50,676 nucleotides of DNA. Source: Acutalibacteraceae bacterium. Its GTDB lineage: Bacteria > Bacillota > Clostridia > Oscillospirales > Acutalibacteraceae. The position numbers and the translations under genes were made by a program. The stretch lies in the NCBI GenBank assembly GCA_045647785.1, contig JAZRMU010000007.1, positions 1 to 50,676 on the forward strand, written 5' to 3'. Shown piece after piece: positions 36,695-50,676 of the stretch. The number at the start of each line of letters is the position of its first letter. The stretch's first letter is position 1. The notes below the pieces were generated by a model that worked only from the letters and a program-made list of their open reading frames with translations, was not told the origin of the DNA and did no database searches.

Positions 36695-37807
36695 ATGCTT
36701 GAATTCGAAGAACAAAAACTAAAGCTTTTAGCTTATAAAAACGATATTGCAGAGCTTCGCGATGCTATCGGTTATGATAAATTGACCACTGATATATCCG
36801 AGCTTGAAAGTGCTGCGGCAAAAGAGGGCTTTTGGGAGGATCTTGAAAATTCTCAAAATGTACTTCAACTGACCAGTCGTTATAAGGCCAAGAAAAAAGC
36901 CTTTGATAATTTAGTAGCAGCCTTCGACGATGCGCTAACATTAATCGAGCTGGCAGATGAGGTTGAGGATTTATCGCAGCTCACGGAGGTTTTAGAGCTT
37001 GTGGCAGCCTTTGAGAAGGATTTAAATGCTCAAAAGCTTGAAACTCTGCTTTGTGGCGAATATGATGCCAACAATGCAATTCTAACCTTCCACGCGGGCG
37101 CGGGTGGTACCGAGGCGCAGGACTGGAACGAGATGCTTGTTCGTATGTACACTCATTGGGCAGAGCGCCATAACTTTAAGGTTAAAATGCTGGATTTTCT
37201 TGACGGCGAGGAAGCCGGTTTAAAAAGCGCAGTTTTGCTTATTGAAGGTACAAATGCCTACGGGTATATGAAAAGCGAATCAGGAGTTCATCGTTTGGTT
37301 CGTGTTTCGCCATTTGATTCCTCCGGCAGGCGACACACCTCCTTTGCTTCTATCGAGGTGATGCCCGAAATTACCGAGGATACCGCGGTTGAAATTCGCG
37401 ATGAGGATTTAAAGGTTGATACCTATCGTTCAGGCGGTGCGGGCGGTCAGCATGTTAATAAAACTGAATCGGCTATCCGTATCACCCATATTCCAACGGG
37501 AATTGTGGTAGCCTGTCAGAATGAGCGTAGCCAGCACCAAAACCGCGAGGTTGCAATGAAAATGCTGAAATCAAAACTCATAGAAATCAAAGAGCGTGAG
37601 CACCTTGATAAAATTGAGGATATTAAGGGCGTTCAAAAGGAAATAGCGTGGGGTTCACAAATTCGTTCTTATGTGTTTATGCCATACACACTGGTCAAAC
37701 ACCACCGAACAGGCTTCGAAGCGGGTAATATTTCAGCCGTTATGGATGGCGACCTTGACGGATTTATTAACGCGTATTTAAAATCTGTTTCTTTAGGGCA
37801 GATTTAA
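36695..37807 (+). CDS. prfB: peptide chain release factor 2, single uninterrupted frame
   Basis: SPF (VRVSPFDSSGRRHTSF) and GGQ (RSGGAGGQHVNKTESA) motifs. No in-frame TGA or CTT-TGA frameshift site near codon 25. Confidence 0.92.
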   Translation: MLEFEEQKLKLLAYKNDIAELRDAIGYDKLTTDISELESAAAKEGFWEDLENSQNVLQLTSRYKAKKKAFDNLVAAFDDALTLIELADEVEDLSQLTEVLELVAAFEKDLNAQKLETLLCGEYDANNAILTFHAGAGGTEAQDWNEMLVRMYTHWAERHNFKVKMLDFLDGEEAGLKSAVLLIEGTNAYGYMKSESGVHRLVRVSPFDSSGRRHTSFASIEVMPEITEDTAVEIRDEDLKVDTYRSGGAGGQHVNKTESAIRITHIPTGIVVACQNERSQHQNREVAMKMLKSKLIEIKEREHLDKIEDIKGVQKEIAWGSQIRSYVFMPYTLVKHHRTGFEAGNISAVMDGDLDGFINAYLKSVSLGQI

Positions 37808-37829
37808 TATAAAATTTAAGGAGTTACTT

Positions 37830-38828
37830 ATGAAAAAAATTATTTGTTTGGTTTTAGCAGTTATTATGATAGCTGCAGTGTTCTGCGGCTGCGCAGCAAA
37901 GAGGGAGTTGTTTAATGTTAATTTAAGCAAGCATCTTAACCTCTGCGATTATAAAAATATTGAGGTAGATAAAGCTTCAAAGGATTATACCGACTATCGT
38001 AACTATGTGTTTGAAAATTTTATTGCCAACTCAAACGCATATGAGCAGGTTAAAACCGGCACGGTTGCAGACGGAGACACAGTCAATATCAACTACACAG
38101 GTAAAAAAGATGGAGTAGCTTTTGAGGGCGGTACTGCAGAAAATCAATTCCTTGTTATCGGTTCAAAATCATTTATCGACGGTTTTGAAAGCGGTCTTAT
38201 AGGCAAAGAGGTTGGCTCTACTGTTGACCTTAATCTAACCTTCCCGAGCGATTACGGTGCTGCGGATCTGGCAGGTAAGGCTGTTGTTTTCACTGTTAAG
38301 ATTAACTATGTTCAGAAAATGCCTGAAATTAACGATGCTACTGCAGTTAAATTGGGCTTTGATACCTCTGACAAGTTGAACGAGGAGCTTGATAAGCAGG
38401 CAACGAATTTTATAATTGTTCAGTATCTAACAAAGAATTCTTCTATAGATGAGTATTCAAAAAGCGATAAGGCGATTTTTGATAAGGAGTATGAGGATAC
38501 TATCAAGGAAATGCAGACCTATGCTACTAATTATCAAATGTCTCTAGATGATTTCTTAAGATACTATGTAGGTACCACCCAAGCGGATCTCCAGGCAAAC
38601 ATAACCTCTCAAATGGAGGGTGCTATGATAATTTACGCTGTAGCTGATGCGGAGGGGCTTAATATTGATAAGGCGTTAACCGAGGAATTCATATCTAAAC
38701 TTGCAGCTGATGGCGGTATGTCTGTAGCACAGGTACGCGAGAATTATCAGAACTGGGAGCTTGAGAATTACGCTGTTCAGGAAATGGTGCTTGCGCACAT
38801 TACTGCAAATTATATAACAGTTAAATAA
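37830..38828 (+). CDS. lipoprotein with trigger-factor-like FKBP PPIase and C-terminal chaperone-arm region
   Basis: Signal peptide with a lipobox-like FCGC. The PPIase core (KDGVAFEGGTAENQFLVIGSKSFIDGFESGLIG...FPSDYGAADLAGKAVVFTVK) closely parallels Tig in this window. There is no GFRxGxxP ribosome-binding motif. Confidence 0.75.
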   Translation: MKKIICLVLAVIMIAAVFCGCAAKRELFNVNLSKHLNLCDYKNIEVDKASKDYTDYRNYVFENFIANSNAYEQVKTGTVADGDTVNINYTGKKDGVAFEGGTAENQFLVIGSKSFIDGFESGLIGKEVGSTVDLNLTFPSDYGAADLAGKAVVFTVKINYVQKMPEINDATAVKLGFDTSDKLNEELDKQATNFIIVQYLTKNSSIDEYSKSDKAIFDKEYEDTIKEMQTYATNYQMSLDDFLRYYVGTTQADLQANITSQMEGAMIIYAVADAEGLNIDKALTEEFISKLAADGGMSVAQVRENYQNWELENYAVQEMVLAHITANYITVK

Positions 38829-39403
38829 TGCTATATTTGGTAGATAAGGTCGGGGCTGTTTTCAGCCCCGATTATAAAATGCATTTTTCTGCGGCGCTGC
38901 TGCAAAGGATAGAGGGTAAGCACAATCAGCAAAATAAAAGGCAGTCGGTAGCGGCATATCAGCTGCTTGGCAGGCTTCTAAACGACAGTGAATATTCACT
39001 AAAGGATATAGTGTTTACCGCTAGTGGTAAGCCTTATATTAAAAACGGACCTTATATAAGCGTTTCCCACGCGGGAGATACTGTTTGCGCAGCGGTGTCC
39101 GACACACCTGTCGGTATAGATGCCGAATACATCGGCGAGGTTAAGGGGCAGGTTTTAAATAAGTTCTTTACCAAAAAAGAACAGGCTTTTGTTATTGCCG
39201 AGAATTCTCCCGAACGCTTTTACACCATTTGGACGGTTAAAGAAGCAATTTCCAAGGTTAGCGGCAGGGGAGTTGGCGAAATTCGAGGCATAGATTTGAA
39301 TATTTCGAATAATATTATTTCTTACGATAATTTTAATATCAATATCGAAATGCACGAAAATTGTGTGATTTCGGTGTGTTTTAGCGAAAAAACAGGCTTT
39401 TAG
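38828..39403 (+). CDS. 4'-phosphopantetheinyl transferase (Sfp type)
   Basis: GIDAEYI and FYTIWTVKEAISK motifs. The ATG overlaps the upstream TAA (TAATG). Confidence 0.8.
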   Translation: MLYLVDKVGAVFSPDYKMHFSAALLQRIEGKHNQQNKRQSVAAYQLLGRLLNDSEYSLKDIVFTASGKPYIKNGPYISVSHAGDTVCAAVSDTPVGIDAEYIGEVKGQVLNKFFTKKEQAFVIAENSPERFYTIWTVKEAISKVSGRGVGEIRGIDLNISNNIISYDNFNINIEMHENCVISVCFSEKTGF

Positions 39404-39428
39404 TGCCTGTTTTTTTATTTTTTTTAAA
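39388..39428 (+). terminator. rho-independent terminator after the PPTase gene
   Basis: AACAGGC pairs with GCCTGTT, followed by a long T-run. Confidence 0.8.
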
Positions 39429-39435
39429 AAAGGTA

Positions 39436-39464
39436 TTGACATATTGTAAAAGTTGGAATATAAT
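39436..39464 (+). promoter_or_regulatory. consensus sigma-A promoter upstream of rpoB
   Basis: TTGACA (39436-39441), an exact 17-nt spacer, then TATAAT (39459-39464). Confidence 0.75.
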
Positions 39465-39604
39465 TACAAAATATCGATGATGGGATAGTATGCGCCTATT
39501 ATATCCTTTTGTGTATTTGCAAGGCTGTTTTTGGCGGTATTTCCTATCGGAAGTGTAAAGCAGGGCGGACCCCCTGCAAAAATTAGAGGAGTGATTATTA
39601 ACCT

Positions 39605-42600
39605 ATGGAAACAAAAATGGTTAAGCCTGTCAAACTGGGTAAAAACACTCGTATGAGCTTCTCGAAAATCAATGAAGTTATCGATATGCCTAACCTCATT
39701 GAAGTTCAGAAGAATTCGTACAACTGGTTTGTCGAGGTAGGCCTTAGAGAGGTTTTCAATGAAATGTCTTCGATTACCGATTATACAGGTAATCTTGAGC
39801 TTGAATTTGTTGATTACCGTTTTGAGCCTACACCTAAGTACGACATTCAGGAGTGCAAAGCTAGGGACACCACATATGCTGCACCGCTTCGCGTAACAGC
39901 TCGCCTTATCAATCACGAAACAGGTGAGATTAAAGAAAGCGAAGTGTTTATGGGCGACTTCCCGCTTATGACCGAGTCGGGTACATTCGTTATAAACGGT
40001 GCTGAGCGTGCTATTGTATCGCAGCTTGTTCGTTCACCCGGCGCTTATTTTGATTATAAGATTGAGGAGAAGACCGGTAAAAGGCTCTTCAGCTCAACTA
40101 TTATTCCTAACCGCGGTGCTTGGCTTGAATATGAAGCCGATATGAACGATATCGTTTATGTTCGTATTGATAAAAACCGCAAGCTTCCTATCACTACCTT
40201 TGTGCGCTCACTCGGATTTAACACTAATCAGGAAATTCGTGAAGCACTTGGAGATGACGAAAAGCTTACCGCTACCTTCGCGAAGGATACATCTGTAACT
40301 ACTGATGATGCACTTGTTGAGGTTTATAAGAAGCTTCGCCCCGGCGAGCCTGCAACCGTTGAGGGCTCTGAAAATTATATTTCACAGCTTTTCTTCGATG
40401 CTCATAAATATGACCTCTCGCGCGTTGGTCGTTATAAGTACAATAAAAAGTTAAGCCTTGCTACCCGTATTAACGGCAAAACCTTGGTCAAGCCGGTTTG
40501 CGACCCAATGACCGGTGAGATTCTTGCTGATGCAGGCGCTACCATCAATAAGGAAACAGCTTTAGAGCTCCAGAACAAGGGCGTTAAAGAGGTTTACATT
40601 GATTATGTCGATGCAGAGGGCAGAAAGTCCGAGGTTAAAATCCTTTCCAACGGAACCGTTGATATTAAGAACTTCGTAAGCTTTGATGTTGCGGATTTAG
40701 GCGTTAACGAGAATGTTTGCTTCTCTATTCTTAAGGAAATTCTTGAAAACAACGAAACCGAGGATGAAATTCGCGAGGCTATCGCTGCAAGAATTGAAGA
40801 GCTTATTCCTATGCATATCACTGTTGAGGATATTCTTGCAACAGTTAACTATTTCTTATGCCTTTCAAAGGATATCGGCACCATTGATGATATTGACCAT
40901 CTTGGCAACCGTCGTATCCGTTCGGTAGGCGAGCTTTTACAGAACCAGTTCCGTATTGGCTTTATTCGTATGGAGCGCGTAGTTCGCGAGAAGATGACCT
41001 TGCAGGCGCAGGATGTTGATGCTATTACTCCTCAATCACTTATCAACATTCGTCCTATCGTGGCATCAATTAAAGAATTCTTCGGTTCTTCACCGCTTTC
41101 TCAGTTTATGGATCAGACCAACCCGCTTTCTGAGCTTACTCATAAGCGTCGTCTTTCGGCTCTTGGTCCCGGCGGTCTTTCGCGCGACCGTGCTTCCTTT
41201 GAGGTGCGAGACGTTCACTACACCCATTATGGTCGTATGTGCCCGATTGAAACACCTGAAGGTCCCAACATTGGTCTTATTTCTTATCTTGCAACCTTTG
41301 CAAAGATTAATGAATACGGCTTTATTGAAGCTCCTTTCCGTAAGGTGGATAAGGCTACAGGTCGTGTTTTAGATGATGTTATTTATGTAACCGCTGATGA
41401 AGAGGATGAGTATGTAGTAGCTCAGGCTAACGAGCCACTCGATAGCGAGGGTCATTTTGTAAACCGTAAGGTTAATGCTCGTTTCCGTGATACCTTCCTT
41501 GAAACAGAGGCAAATAATATCGATTTAATGGATGTTTCTCCGAAAATGGTAGTATCTGTAGCAACCGCTATGATACCCTTCCTTGAGAACGACGATACCA
41601 ACCGTGCACTCATGGGCTCGAACATGCAGAAGCAGGCTGTTCCGCTTCTTGTAACCGAAAGCCCGATTGTTGCTACAGGTATGGAATATAAAGCAGCTGT
41701 CGATTCAGGCGTTGTTGTTTTAGCTAAACGCGCAGGTACTGTAACTGCAGTTTCTGCAACCACAATTAAGGTTAAGGCTAAAAATGGTGAGGTTGATGAG
41801 TATGAGCTCATTAAGTTCTTGCGCTCGAATCATGGCACATGTATTAACCAGAAGCCTATCGTTGAGGTAGGGCAGGAGGTTGCCGAGGGCGAGGTTATCG
41901 CCGACGGTCCTGCAACTGATAACGGCGAAATCAGCCTTGGTAGAAATGCTCTCATCGGCTTTATGACCTGGGAAGGCTACAACTATGAGGACGCTGTTTT
42001 AATTAACGAAAAGTTAGTTCGCGAAGATATGTATACCTCAATTCATATTGAGGAATATGAGCTTGAAGCTCGTGATACCAAGCTTGGACCCGAGGAAATC
42101 ACAAGAGATATCCCAAATGTTGGTGAGGATGCACTTAAGGACCTTGACGAGCGCGGTATTATCCGTATCGGTGCTGAGGTAAGCGCTGGCGACATTCTTG
42201 TAGGTAAGGTAACACCTAAGGGTGAAACCGAGCTTACTGCCGAGGAAAGACTGCCTCGCGCAATCTTCGGCGAAAAGGCACGCGAGGTTAGAGATACTTC
42301 TCTGCGCGTACCTCACGGTGAATACGGTACTATCGTTGATGTTAAGGTATTCTCCCGTGAAAATGCATCTGAATTAAGCCCCGGTGTTAACCTTGTTGTC
42401 CGCTGCTATATCGCACAGAAGCGCAAGATTTCTGTCGGCGATAAGATGGCGGGTCGTCATGGTAACAAGGGTGTTGTTTCCCGTATTTTACCAAGCGAGG
42501 ATATGCCGTTCTTACCCGACGGTACTCCGCTTGATATCGTTCTTAACCCCCTCGGCGTTCCTTCCCGTATGAACATCGGTCAGGTACTTGAGGTTCACCT

Positions 42601-43315
42601 TGGCTATGCAGCTAAGGCTCTTGGCTGGAAGATCGCTACACCTGTATTCGACGGTGCGCACGAGTCCGATATTCGCGAGTGCTTCCGTATGGCAGGTATG
42701 GATGAGGACGGTAAGGTTCAGCTTTACGATGGTCGTACAGGTGAGCCCTTCGATAATCGCGTAACAGTTGGTTATATGTACTATCTCAAACTGCATCACC
42801 TCGTTGATGATAAGATTCATGCCCGTTCTACCGGTCCGTACTCGCTCGTTACTCAGCAGCCGCTCGGCGGTAAGGCTCAGTTCGGCGGTCAGCGTTTCGG
42901 TGAAATGGAAGTTTGGGCTCTTGAAGCCTATGGTGCCGCCTATACACTTCAGGAAATTCTTACTGTTAAGTCCGATGATGTTGTTGGTCGTGTTAAGACC
43001 TACGAATCTATCGTTAAGGGTCAGAATGTTCCGAAGGCAGGCGTTCCCGAATCGTTTAAGGTTCTTATTAAGGAGCTTCAGTCGTTAGGTCTTGATATCA
43101 AGGTGCTTGATAAGGACAACGAGGAAATCGACCTAAAGCAGACCTTTGAAGAGGACGAGGAAATCGGTTTAGTTCCTGCTGATTATGCAGCAGAATTCGC
43201 CGAAGATAAGGTAGCAGACGACCTCACAGGATTCGGTCTACAGGACGAAAACGGCGAGGATATCGTTGAAGAAACCGAATCAGATGATTTCTACTCTGAT
43301 GAAGAAAATGTTTAA
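39605..43315 (+). CDS. rpoB: DNA-directed RNA polymerase subunit beta
   Basis: 1236 aa with canonical blocks ([56 protein letters not shown]). Acidic C-terminal tail. Confidence 0.97.
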   Translation: METKMVKPVKLGKNTRMSFSKINEVIDMPNLIEVQKNSYNWFVEVGLREVFNEMSSITDYTGNLELEFVDYRFEPTPKYDIQECKARDTTYAAPLRVTARLINHETGEIKESEVFMGDFPLMTESGTFVINGAERAIVSQLVRSPGAYFDYKIEEKTGKRLFSSTIIPNRGAWLEYEADMNDIVYVRIDKNRKLPITTFVRSLGFNTNQEIREALGDDEKLTATFAKDTSVTTDDALVEVYKKLRPGEPATVEGSENYISQLFFDAHKYDLSRVGRYKYNKKLSLATRINGKTLVKPVCDPMTGEILADAGATINKETALELQNKGVKEVYIDYVDAEGRKSEVKILSNGTVDIKNFVSFDVADLGVNENVCFSILKEILENNETEDEIREAIAARIEELIPMHITVEDILATVNYFLCLSKDIGTIDDIDHLGNRRIRSVGELLQNQFRIGFIRMERVVREKMTLQAQDVDAITPQSLINIRPIVASIKEFFGSSPLSQFMDQTNPLSELTHKRRLSALGPGGLSRDRASFEVRDVHYTHYGRMCPIETPEGPNIGLISYLATFAKINEYGFIEAPFRKVDKATGRVLDDVIYVTADEEDEYVVAQANEPLDSEGHFVNRKVNARFRDTFLETEANNIDLMDVSPKMVVSVATAMIPFLENDDTNRALMGSNMQKQAVPLLVTESPIVATGMEYKAAVDSGVVVLAKRAGTVTAVSATTIKVKAKNGEVDEYELIKFLRSNHGTCINQKPIVEVGQEVAEGEVIADGPATDNGEISLGRNALIGFMTWEGYNYEDAVLINEKLVREDMYTSIHIEEYELEARDTKLGPEEITRDIPNVGEDALKDLDERGIIRIGAEVSAGDILVGKVTPKGETELTAEERLPRAIFGEKAREVRDTSLRVPHGEYGTIVDVKVFSRENASELSPGVNLVVRCYIAQKRKISVGDKMAGRHGNKGVVSRILPSEDMPFLPDGTPLDIVLNPLGVPSRMNIGQVLEVHLGYAAKALGWKIATPVFDGAHESDIRECFRMAGMDEDGKVQLYDGRTGEPFDNRVTVGYMYYLKLHHLVDDKIHARSTGPYSLVTQQPLGGKAQFGGQRFGEMEVWALEAYGAAYTLQEILTVKSDDVVGRVKTYESIVKGQNVPKAGVPESFKVLIKELQSLGLDIKVLDKDNEEIDLKQTFEEDEEIGLVPADYAAEFAEDKVADDLTGFGLQDENGEDIVEETESDDFYSDEENV

Positions 43316-43329
43316 AGGAGGAAAGGCAA

Positions 43330-46929
<3,600 letters not shown>

Positions 46930-46938
46930 TTTTTAAAA

Positions 46939-46982
46939 AACACCGATTTTCGCTTGACAAAGGCGAAAGTCGGTGTTATTAT
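46939..46982 (+). promoter_or_regulatory. 15-bp hairpin after rpoC overlapping a candidate rpsL promoter
   Basis: AACACCGATTTTCGC (46939-46953) pairs with GCGAAAGTCGGTGTT (46963-46977). TTGACA (46954-46959) sits in the loop, and TATTAT (46977-46982) lies 17 nt downstream. Confidence 0.5.
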
Positions 46983-47037
46983 ATATTAGTATGCGGGATT
47001 ATGCGCCCACATAAATTTTTGTGTAAGGAGGTGCGAT

Positions 47038-47463
47038 ATGCCAACCTTTAACCAGTTAGTTCGTAGCGGACGTGAAACTGTTGAGAAGAAAGCTAAGGCT
47101 CCTGCTCTTTTAAAGGGTTATAACTCTATGAAGCGTCAGCCTACAGACAATGATTCTCCGCAGAAGCGAGGAGTTTGCACAGCTGTTAAAACTTCCACTC
47201 CTAAAAAGCCTAACTCGGCTCTCCGTAAGATTGCCAGAGTTCGTCTTTCAAACGGCATTGAGGTTTCTGCTTATATTCCCGGTATCGGTCATAACCTGCA
47301 GGAACACAGCGTTGTTTTAATTCGTGGTGGACGTGTTAAGGACTTGCCTGGTGTGCGTTATCACATTATTAGAGGTACTCTCGATACTCAAGGCGTTGCT
47401 AAGAGAATGCAGAGTCGTTCTAAATATGGTGCTAAGCGTCCAAAAGCAGGTGCTGCTAACTAA
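47038..47463 (+). CDS. rpsL: 30S ribosomal protein S12
   Basis: MPTFNQLVR..., [11 protein letters not shown] and [17 protein letters not shown]. Confidence 0.97.
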   Translation: MPTFNQLVRSGRETVEKKAKAPALLKGYNSMKRQPTDNDSPQKRGVCTAVKTSTPKKPNSALRKIARVRLSNGIEVSAYIPGIGHNLQEHSVVLIRGGRVKDLPGVRYHIIRGTLDTQGVAKRMQSRSKYGAKRPKAGAAN

Positions 47464-47599
47464 TCTCGGAAATTAAGACGAAATATCTCTGCTGCATTTA
47501 TCAAGCGGCGTTTATATATACTAACGCCTTGCTTGGTGCTACGGGAAGTTTTGTCACTCGAGTACCTATGATATCATCTCTATGAAGGAGGGAAGAAAA

Positions 47600-48070
47600 G
47601 TGCCAAGAAGAGGCTTTATTGCAAAACGTGATGTTTTGCCGGATCCGGTTTACAACTCTAAAATTGTTACTCGTCTTATCAACAACATTATGTTAGACGG
47701 TAAAAAGGGTGTAGCCCAGAAAATCGTTTACGGTGCTTTCGACATTATCAGCGAAAAGACCGGAAAGGACCCGATCGAAGTTTTCGAAGCTGCAATGGAA
47801 AATGTAATGCCGCAGCTTGAGGTTAAGGCTGTTCGTAAGGGCGGTGCTACCTATCAGGTTCCTTTTGAGGTTCGTCCTGAAAGAAAGCAAACTTTAGGTC
47901 TTCGTTGGTTAGCTACTTATAGCCGCGCTCGTTCTGAAAAGACTATGAAAGAGCGTTTAGCTGGGGAAATCCTCGATGCTATTAACGGCGTAGGTGGTGC
48001 GTTCAAGAAACGCGAAGACACACACAAGATGGCAGAAGCAAACAAAGCATTTGCTCACTATCGTTGGTAG
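47600..48070 (+). CDS. rpsG: 30S ribosomal protein S7
   Basis: GTG start 7 nt after [27 protein letters not shown]... is the canonical S7 N-terminus. Confidence 0.95.
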   Translation: MPRRGFIAKRDVLPDPVYNSKIVTRLINNIMLDGKKGVAQKIVYGAFDIISEKTGKDPIEVFEAAMENVMPQLEVKAVRKGGATYQVPFEVRPERKQTLGLRWLATYSRARSEKTMKERLAGEILDAINGVGGAFKKREDTHKMAEANKAFAHYRW

Positions 48071-48138
48071 TTTAAAACTACAGAAAATACTAATACTATT
48101 GTTAAAAAGCTGCTGTAAAGCAGTGAACGGAGGATTTT

Positions 48139-50220
48139 ATGCCAAGAAAGGTTACCCTTGAAATGACAAGAAATATTGGTATTATGGCTCATATCGATGC
48201 TGGTAAAACAACAACTACCGAGCGTATTTTGTTCTATACCGGTGTTAACCATAAGGTTGGCGAAACCCACGACGGTTCTGCCACTATGGACTGGATGGAG
48301 CAGGAGCAGGAGAGAGGTATTACAATTACCTCCGCTGCTACCACTTGCTTCTGGAATGACCATCGTATCAATATCATTGATACCCCCGGACACGTTGACT
48401 TCACAGTAGAAGTTCAGCGTTCACTCCGTGTGCTTGACGGTTCTGTTACCGTTCTTTGCGCAAAGGGCGGTGTTGAGCCTCAGTCTGAAACTGTTTGGCA
48501 TCAGGCTGACGAATATCGTGTACCCCGTATGATTTATGTAAATAAAATGGACATTATGGGTGCCGATTTCTACAATGTTCTCAATATGATTAAAGAGCGT
48601 TTCGGCTGTAATGCAGTTCCGATTCAGCTTCCTATCGGTTCTGAGGACACCTTCAGAGGTATTGTTGACCTTGTTAACAATAATGCTGAAATTTATTATG
48701 ATGACCTTGGTAAGGATGTACGCACCGAGGAAATTCCGGATGAGATGAAGGAATTAGCCAACAAATATCGTACTGCCCTTATTGAATCCATCGTTGAGAT
48801 GGACGAAGAGCTTATGGAAAAGTACTTCGAAGGTGAAGAGCCCACAGTAGAGCAGATGAAGAAAATCATCCGTCAGGCTACTATCGCTAACGAAATGGTT
48901 CCCGTTTGCTGCGGTACTTCTTATCGCAACAAGGGTGTTCAGCCGCTTCTTGATGCGATTGTTGATTATATGCCCGCTCCTACTGATGTTGAGGCTATTA
49001 AAGGTATCAACCCTGATACCGAGCAAGAAGAAGTTCGTCATTCTACTGATGATGAGCCCTTCGCAGCTCTCGCATTTAAAATTGCAACCGACCCGTTCGT
49101 TGGTAAAATTTGCTATTTCCGTGTATATTCAGGTACAGTTGATGCAGGTTCTACTGTTTACAACTCTGTAAAGGATAACAAGGAAAGAATGGGCCGTATT
49201 CTTCAGATGCACGCTAACCACAGAGAAGACCTTGAAACCTGCTATGCCGGTGATATCGCTGCTGCAGTTGGTCTTAAGAACACCACTACCGGTGATACTC
49301 TCTGCGATGAAAAGCATCCGGTAATTCTTGAATCAATGAACTTCCCGGAGCCTGTTATTCGTGTAGCTGTTGAGCCTAAAACAAAGGCTGGTCAGGAAAA
49401 AATGGGTATCGCATTATCCAAGCTTGCTGAAGAAGATCCGACCTTCCGCTTCTATACTGATGAGGAAACTGGTCAGACCATTATCGCAGGTATGGGTGAG
49501 CTCCACCTCGAAATCATCGTAGACAGAATGCTTCGTGAATTCAAGGTTGAGGCAAATGTTGGTGCTCCGCAGGTTGCTTATAAAGAAACCGTTCGTCAGA
49601 AGGTTGACCATGAAACAAAGTACAAGCGTCAGTCCGGTGGTTCCGGTCAGTACGGTCATGTTAAGATTATTCTTGAGCCGAATGAATCAGGTAAGGGTTA
49701 CGAGTTCGTTAACGCTGTTACCGGTGGTTCCATTCCGAAGGAATTTATCGGACCTGTTGATGCCGGTATTCAGGGCGCATTACACGCTGGTGTACTCGCA
49801 GGCTATCCTGTAGTTGATGTTAAGGTTACCCTTTACGATGGTTCTTACCACGAAGTTGACTCTTCAGAAATGGCATTTAAGATTGCAGGTTCTATGGCAT
49901 TCAAAGAGGCTTGCCGTATAGCAGACCCTGTTCTCTTGGAACCCATCATGAAGGTTACAGTTATCGTTCCTGAAGAATACATGGGCGACGTTATCGGCGA
50001 CCTTAACTCTCGTCGTGGCGAAATCCAAGGTTTCGAGGATCGTGCAGGTGTTAAGCAAATCAACTCTCGCGTACCGCTCGGCGATATGTTCGGTTACGCT
50101 ACCGACCTTCGTTCCAAAACACAGGGACGCGGTCAGTATGTAATGGAGCCGGACGGCTACAAAGAAGTGCCTAAGAGCATTTCTGAAAAGATTATTAGTG
50201 CTAGAACTAAGAAAGATTAA
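48139..50220 (+). CDS. fusA: elongation factor G
   Basis: [28 protein letters not shown] and NKMD motifs. Full five-domain length. Confidence 0.97.
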   Translation: MPRKVTLEMTRNIGIMAHIDAGKTTTTERILFYTGVNHKVGETHDGSATMDWMEQEQERGITITSAATTCFWNDHRINIIDTPGHVDFTVEVQRSLRVLDGSVTVLCAKGGVEPQSETVWHQADEYRVPRMIYVNKMDIMGADFYNVLNMIKERFGCNAVPIQLPIGSEDTFRGIVDLVNNNAEIYYDDLGKDVRTEEIPDEMKELANKYRTALIESIVEMDEELMEKYFEGEEPTVEQMKKIIRQATIANEMVPVCCGTSYRNKGVQPLLDAIVDYMPAPTDVEAIKGINPDTEQEEVRHSTDDEPFAALAFKIATDPFVGKICYFRVYSGTVDAGSTVYNSVKDNKERMGRILQMHANHREDLETCYAGDIAAAVGLKNTTTGDTLCDEKHPVILESMNFPEPVIRVAVEPKTKAGQEKMGIALSKLAEEDPTFRFYTDEETGQTIIAGMGELHLEIIVDRMLREFKVEANVGAPQVAYKETVRQKVDHETKYKRQSGGSGQYGHVKIILEPNESGKGYEFVNAVTGGSIPKEFIGPVDAGIQGALHAGVLAGYPVVDVKVTLYDGSYHEVDSSEMAFKIAGSMAFKEACRIADPVLLEPIMKVTVIVPEEYMGDVIGDLNSRRGEIQGFEDRAGVKQINSRVPLGDMFGYATDLRSKTQGRGQYVMEPDGYKEVPKSISEKIISARTKKD

Positions 50221-50248
50221 TTTTGTAAGGTTTTAGCGTAAATAATAC

Positions 50249-50277
50249 TTGAAATTTTACTGAATTTTTGGTAAACT
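50249..50277 (+). promoter_or_regulatory. candidate internal promoter for tuf
   Basis: TTGAAA (50249-50254), a 17-nt spacer ending in TGG, then TAAACT (50272-50277). Confidence 0.5.
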
Positions 50278-50322
50278 AAATTTAAACTTTTAATAATTGA
50301 TTTTCTAAGGAGGAAATTCACA

Positions 50323-50676
50323 ATGGCAAAGGCAGCATTTGAAAGAAATAAGCCCCACGTAAACATTGGTACCATCGGTCACGTTGACCATGGTAAAACC
50401 ACATTAACCGCAGCAATCACAAAGTACCTCTCCCTTAAGGGTCAGGCTGCATTTGAGGATTATGCAAACATCGATAAGGCTCCCGAAGAGAGAGAGCGTG
50501 GTATCACAATTAATACTGCTCACGTTGAGTACGAGACTGACAGTCGTCACTATGCACACGTTGACTGCCCCGGACACGCTGACTATGTTAAGAACATGAT
50601 CACCGGTGCTGCTCAGATGGACGGTGCTATCCTCGTTATCGCTTCTACTGACGGTCCTATGGCTCAGACCAAGGAG
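50323..50676 (+). CDS. tuf: elongation factor Tu, 5' fragment truncated by the window end
   Basis: [42 protein letters not shown]...[24 protein letters not shown]. It is absent from the ORF track because no stop codon lies within the window. Confidence 0.95.
   Translation, partial: MAKAAFERNKPHVNIGTIGHVDHGKTTLTAAITKYLSLKGQAAFEDYANIDKAPEERERGITINTAHVEYETDSRHYAHVDCPGHADYVKNMITGAAQMDGAILVIASTDGPMAQTKE

Noticed and set aside
39464-39916. 150-aa minus-strand ORF across the rpoB start
   Set aside because: It overlaps the rpoB promoter, leader and 5' coding region on the opposite strand, with no SD or recognisable motif. The same reasoning rejects the many antisense ORFs within rpoB, rpoC, fusA, tig and the 766-aa gene.

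Overview
This 50.7-kb window looks like a chromosomal core region of a spore-forming Firmicute, probably Clostridia. That assignment is an inference from spoIIR, ypeB, a DUF1540-type gene, TRTG extended -10 promoters and the gene order.

Nearly all coding space is housekeeping:
- a GH3 glycosidase
- an ACT/UPF0210 pair
- an Lrp-aminotransferase pair
- ispE, spoIIR and rpmE
- the dgt-like/dnaG/rpoD operon, extended by Rrf2 and TSCPD genes
- a minus-strand nifS-thiI unit
- rplS-lepB-ylqF-rnhB-yraN-thrC
- tig-clpP-clpX
- prmA and prfB
- rpoB-rpoC followed by the str operon (rpsL-rpsG-fusA and the 5' part of tuf)

I found no tRNA or rRNA genes, CRISPR arrays, IS or transposase genes, prophage or recognisable defence island. 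I therefore do not claim a clear-cut new system.

The most unusual locus is 14923-18225 (minus strand), which is translationally coupled to nifS-thiI. It encodes a CinA-like cytoplasmic module joined through a TM helix to a sortase-B-like ectodomain. All three catalytic positions of that ectodomain appear substituted. The next gene encodes a tail-anchored acidic protein that shares the degenerate CinA N-terminal region.

Other items worth a second look:
- a lipoprotein paralog of trigger factor
- a histone-like Lys/Ala tail on Tig
- a 53-aa Cys-rich ORF absent from the ORF track
- a domain-permuted GH3
- a prfB without the programmed frameshift
- rpoB separated from rplJL and carrying its own consensus promoter
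- a possible AUU start on the ACT gene

All family assignments come from motif recognition by eye, not from searches.
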